The notes beneath the pieces are model-generated. The model did not search any database. It saw only the letters and a list, made by a program, of their open reading frames with translations, and had not been told where the DNA came from. From assembly GCA_030704615.1 (NCBI GenBank), contig CM060734.1, forward strand, positions 47,926,001 to 47,990,000: 64,000 bases of DNA. Reading direction: 5' to 3'. Shown in pieces: positions 61,561 to 64,000 of the stretch. A program made the position numbers and the translations under genes. Every line of letters begins with the position of its first letter. The stretch's first letter is position 1. Source of the stretch: Takakia lepidozioides. Lineage: Eukaryota; Plantae; Bryophyta.

Positions 61561-62727
61561 TTAGCATGCCCACATCCCAACACTATATTTTTCCTCTCTT
61601 TTCTCACTTGCATGACCATGAGAGCATCATGTAGACACTGCTCAAACCGCCCTCCACGAGCTTATGAAACATGGCCTCCAAAGCCCCATGCAAGTCTCCA
61701 CAGGGTCCGCCAGTGCCTCCTTATGTCCACCAGCCATTCCTTAGAATGGAACCACCTCAAGAAACCACGCCATTTGCTGAAGGTTAAAAAATGGAGCAAA
61801 TAGAGGTATATATAGGCCCCAACAACATTCTGTCCAAAGGAATTACTTGCAGGCTGGTCTCCCCATAGTTAAAACTTGGGCTGAAAACCCCAAAAGATTA
61901 CCTGCAGGGAGGTAATCTCCTTTGTTAAAACGGCAATTCCGACTTTTCTGCCGGATCAGCTAGCTCAAAACCGTTGTTTTTCATAGCCTAGCCTCCCATC
62001 AAGGTCCCACAAAGCGAGTGTCCGTTTTTTTTGTTTTTTTTTCGCACTCTGCATGTTCGCGGCCTTCCGTGGCTCTAACCGCCACGTATTCCCACGCTTC
62101 CCGGCCACGGCCTGCCATAGGAACGAACCGGCCCCAAACGCCTTCCGTGATACCCTCGTGGTATCATGACCACGACCCCTCAACAACCACTACCACAGCC
62201 TGGGTTCGTGGCATCCCATGGCACCACGACCACGACACGGCCATTGTTCACCTGCATTCCCAGGAACTCGCCACGAGTTCCTATATATTCCCAAGGCGTT
62301 CCCGGGCGTTCCCACATGTTCTCGAGCTCTCCCCGAGCTGGGGTTTGCTCCTGCACCTGCTGCCGACGAGCTATGGCTTCTGCAAAGCCACCAGACCTGC
62401 TGCCATGCTTTCTTGGGCTCTCGCGGCCCACCAGAGACACCCCCAACTCACCAAACAAGCTCTTGGCTCTCCAACAAACTCTCTTGCTCCATGAAACTCA
62501 TAAAATGAAGCTGAAAAATACACACATTTGCCACGTTGGTGCACTTGCATCTCTCACGCATATTCCAGGCTGGCTCTAGGGCGCCTCGTTGCTGCCCTTC
62601 CAGCCCCATTTTTGCCACTTCAAGAGCCCTAGTGCTAGAGTTTCAGTTTGGAACTTCCAACTCAAGCACATGCTTCACAAGTGCACTGATTTGCATAAAA
62701 TAAGAACCAGCCCTCTCGCTTGGTCTT

Positions 62728-64000
62728 CTACTCTTCCACACCATGATCATACCTGCAGTTCGTGGGCCCTAAAGCAAATGCTTTCGGGTCAGCAACCAAT
62801 GACAAGCTATCCACCATGCCTTGGTCATGACCTTGACCTTGATCTTGTGATCCTTGGTTTTGGTTACGACCTCCACCACGACCTCTGCCTCCTCTACCTC
62901 TCTCGACTACATTGCCTCGTCCTCGGCCACCGTTGTTCCCTTGGAACTGGCCTGGACGTAGCTCAGGATGCAAGTCATAACAATGAGCCTCTTCATGCCC
63001 ATACTTGCCACAATGCCCACACTGTAGTTGTGTAGGTTGTGCTTGTGCCGACTCTTTGCCTCTCTCCGGGCAATCTCTCTTAAGATGGGGTCCTCCACAA
63101 TCCCAACATGTCACACCCGACTGTTGTTGGCCTGAGAATAAAGGAAGTGACCTCTGCATCTGAGATCCTTTCTGTCCTTTCCTGGGCTTCGCATGAGCGC
63201 CCTTATTGCCTTGAGCACGTTGGGGTAGTGGTTGTTGTTGCTTGCAAACTTCGCAGCTTCTCTGTCCGTATGCCTTGATAGTTCTTCCGCAACTCCTGGA
63301 AGAACTCCACCACCGGGTTGAATCTAGGCACATGTGTTGTAGTCGTGGCAGCAAGAGTGGTAGCACCTTTAGAACTGGTACAACCTGCAGAAATACCGGC
63401 ACTACTTGTTCTACTACTAGTGCTGGCAGTGAGAGATATTGGTGCTGATGCAACTACTGGTCGCGTCGTGCCTCGAGTAATGGAGACGTAGTCAGGTAAC
63501 CAATACATCCTCCACTCCTCAATCTCTACTTCATGTCCTCGCCTGAACTCGTGGTAATCGTCCATAGGCGGGCCTTCCAAATGCTGGAACAGTCCCTTCC
63601 ATGCCATGAATGGGGTGAACAGTTGTGGATTGCGCATCTGCTGCAAATCACACCAGCTATCGAACTCCTGGATAAAGTCATTCAGCTCGATTGTGCCCAC
63701 AGCTCCAGAGTACCTACGAGGCCCCTTGGTAGCTCCATACATCTCCTCCATGTCGTCCCACAACAATGACGAAGGAAACTGCACACCTGTTGATGAAGCC
63801 TCCGAGTCTGTGTCAGACTCTGCACTAATTGGGTGGAGGTGAAGGTGGTCTGAAACGAACACCTCGTCTGGTGAACCCACTCTCACGTACTCCCCTCAAA
63901 ACCCTTGGGTAACTCCGTGATGACACTCACAACCCGCACCTCCCCCACATGACACTATAAGGCTCTAGTACTAATTCTAATAGTGACACGGGTGAGCACC
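62728..64000 (-). mobile_element. Ty3/gypsy copy 3: gag with an internal deletion and two zinc knuckles; runs off the window end
   Basis: Near-identical to 4235-4970. Contains CWDCGGPHLKRDC and CGHCGKYGHEEAHC plus an RG-rich tail. Confidence 0.85.

Overview
Intron-rich land-plant nuclear DNA; a non-seed plant is my guess from the repeat types, and I cannot verify it. Intact spliced genes: LPA3-like (24078-28767,+), PGAP3/PER1-like (30219-33748,-), a long-chain alcohol oxidase (47859-51058,-) and a secreted LRR protein (34699-45573,-). A variant U1 snRNA gene (23725-23885,-) lies head-to-head with LPA3. Both flanks are TE-rich: three differently deleted copies of one Ty3/gypsy family (one with a PHD-finger integrase), L1 remnants, a complete non-autonomous CACTA element, tandem and satellite repeats, a damaged PPTase gene and scattered host-gene fragments. 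The standout is invisible in the ORF track. The LRR gene contains 19 intact symmetric (phase 2-2) micro-exons of 30-60 nt, plus decayed copies, between 37228 and 42913. Each encodes one N-glycosylation-sequon/Pro-rich module (consensus NWTFP[NATAFP]PLPP/Q). The array is inserted in the middle of a single LRR, and almost any subset of its exons would stay in frame, making it a candidate combinatorial-splicing system. All exon models were built by hand from sequence alone, with no expression evidence; family calls rest on recalled motifs, not database searches.
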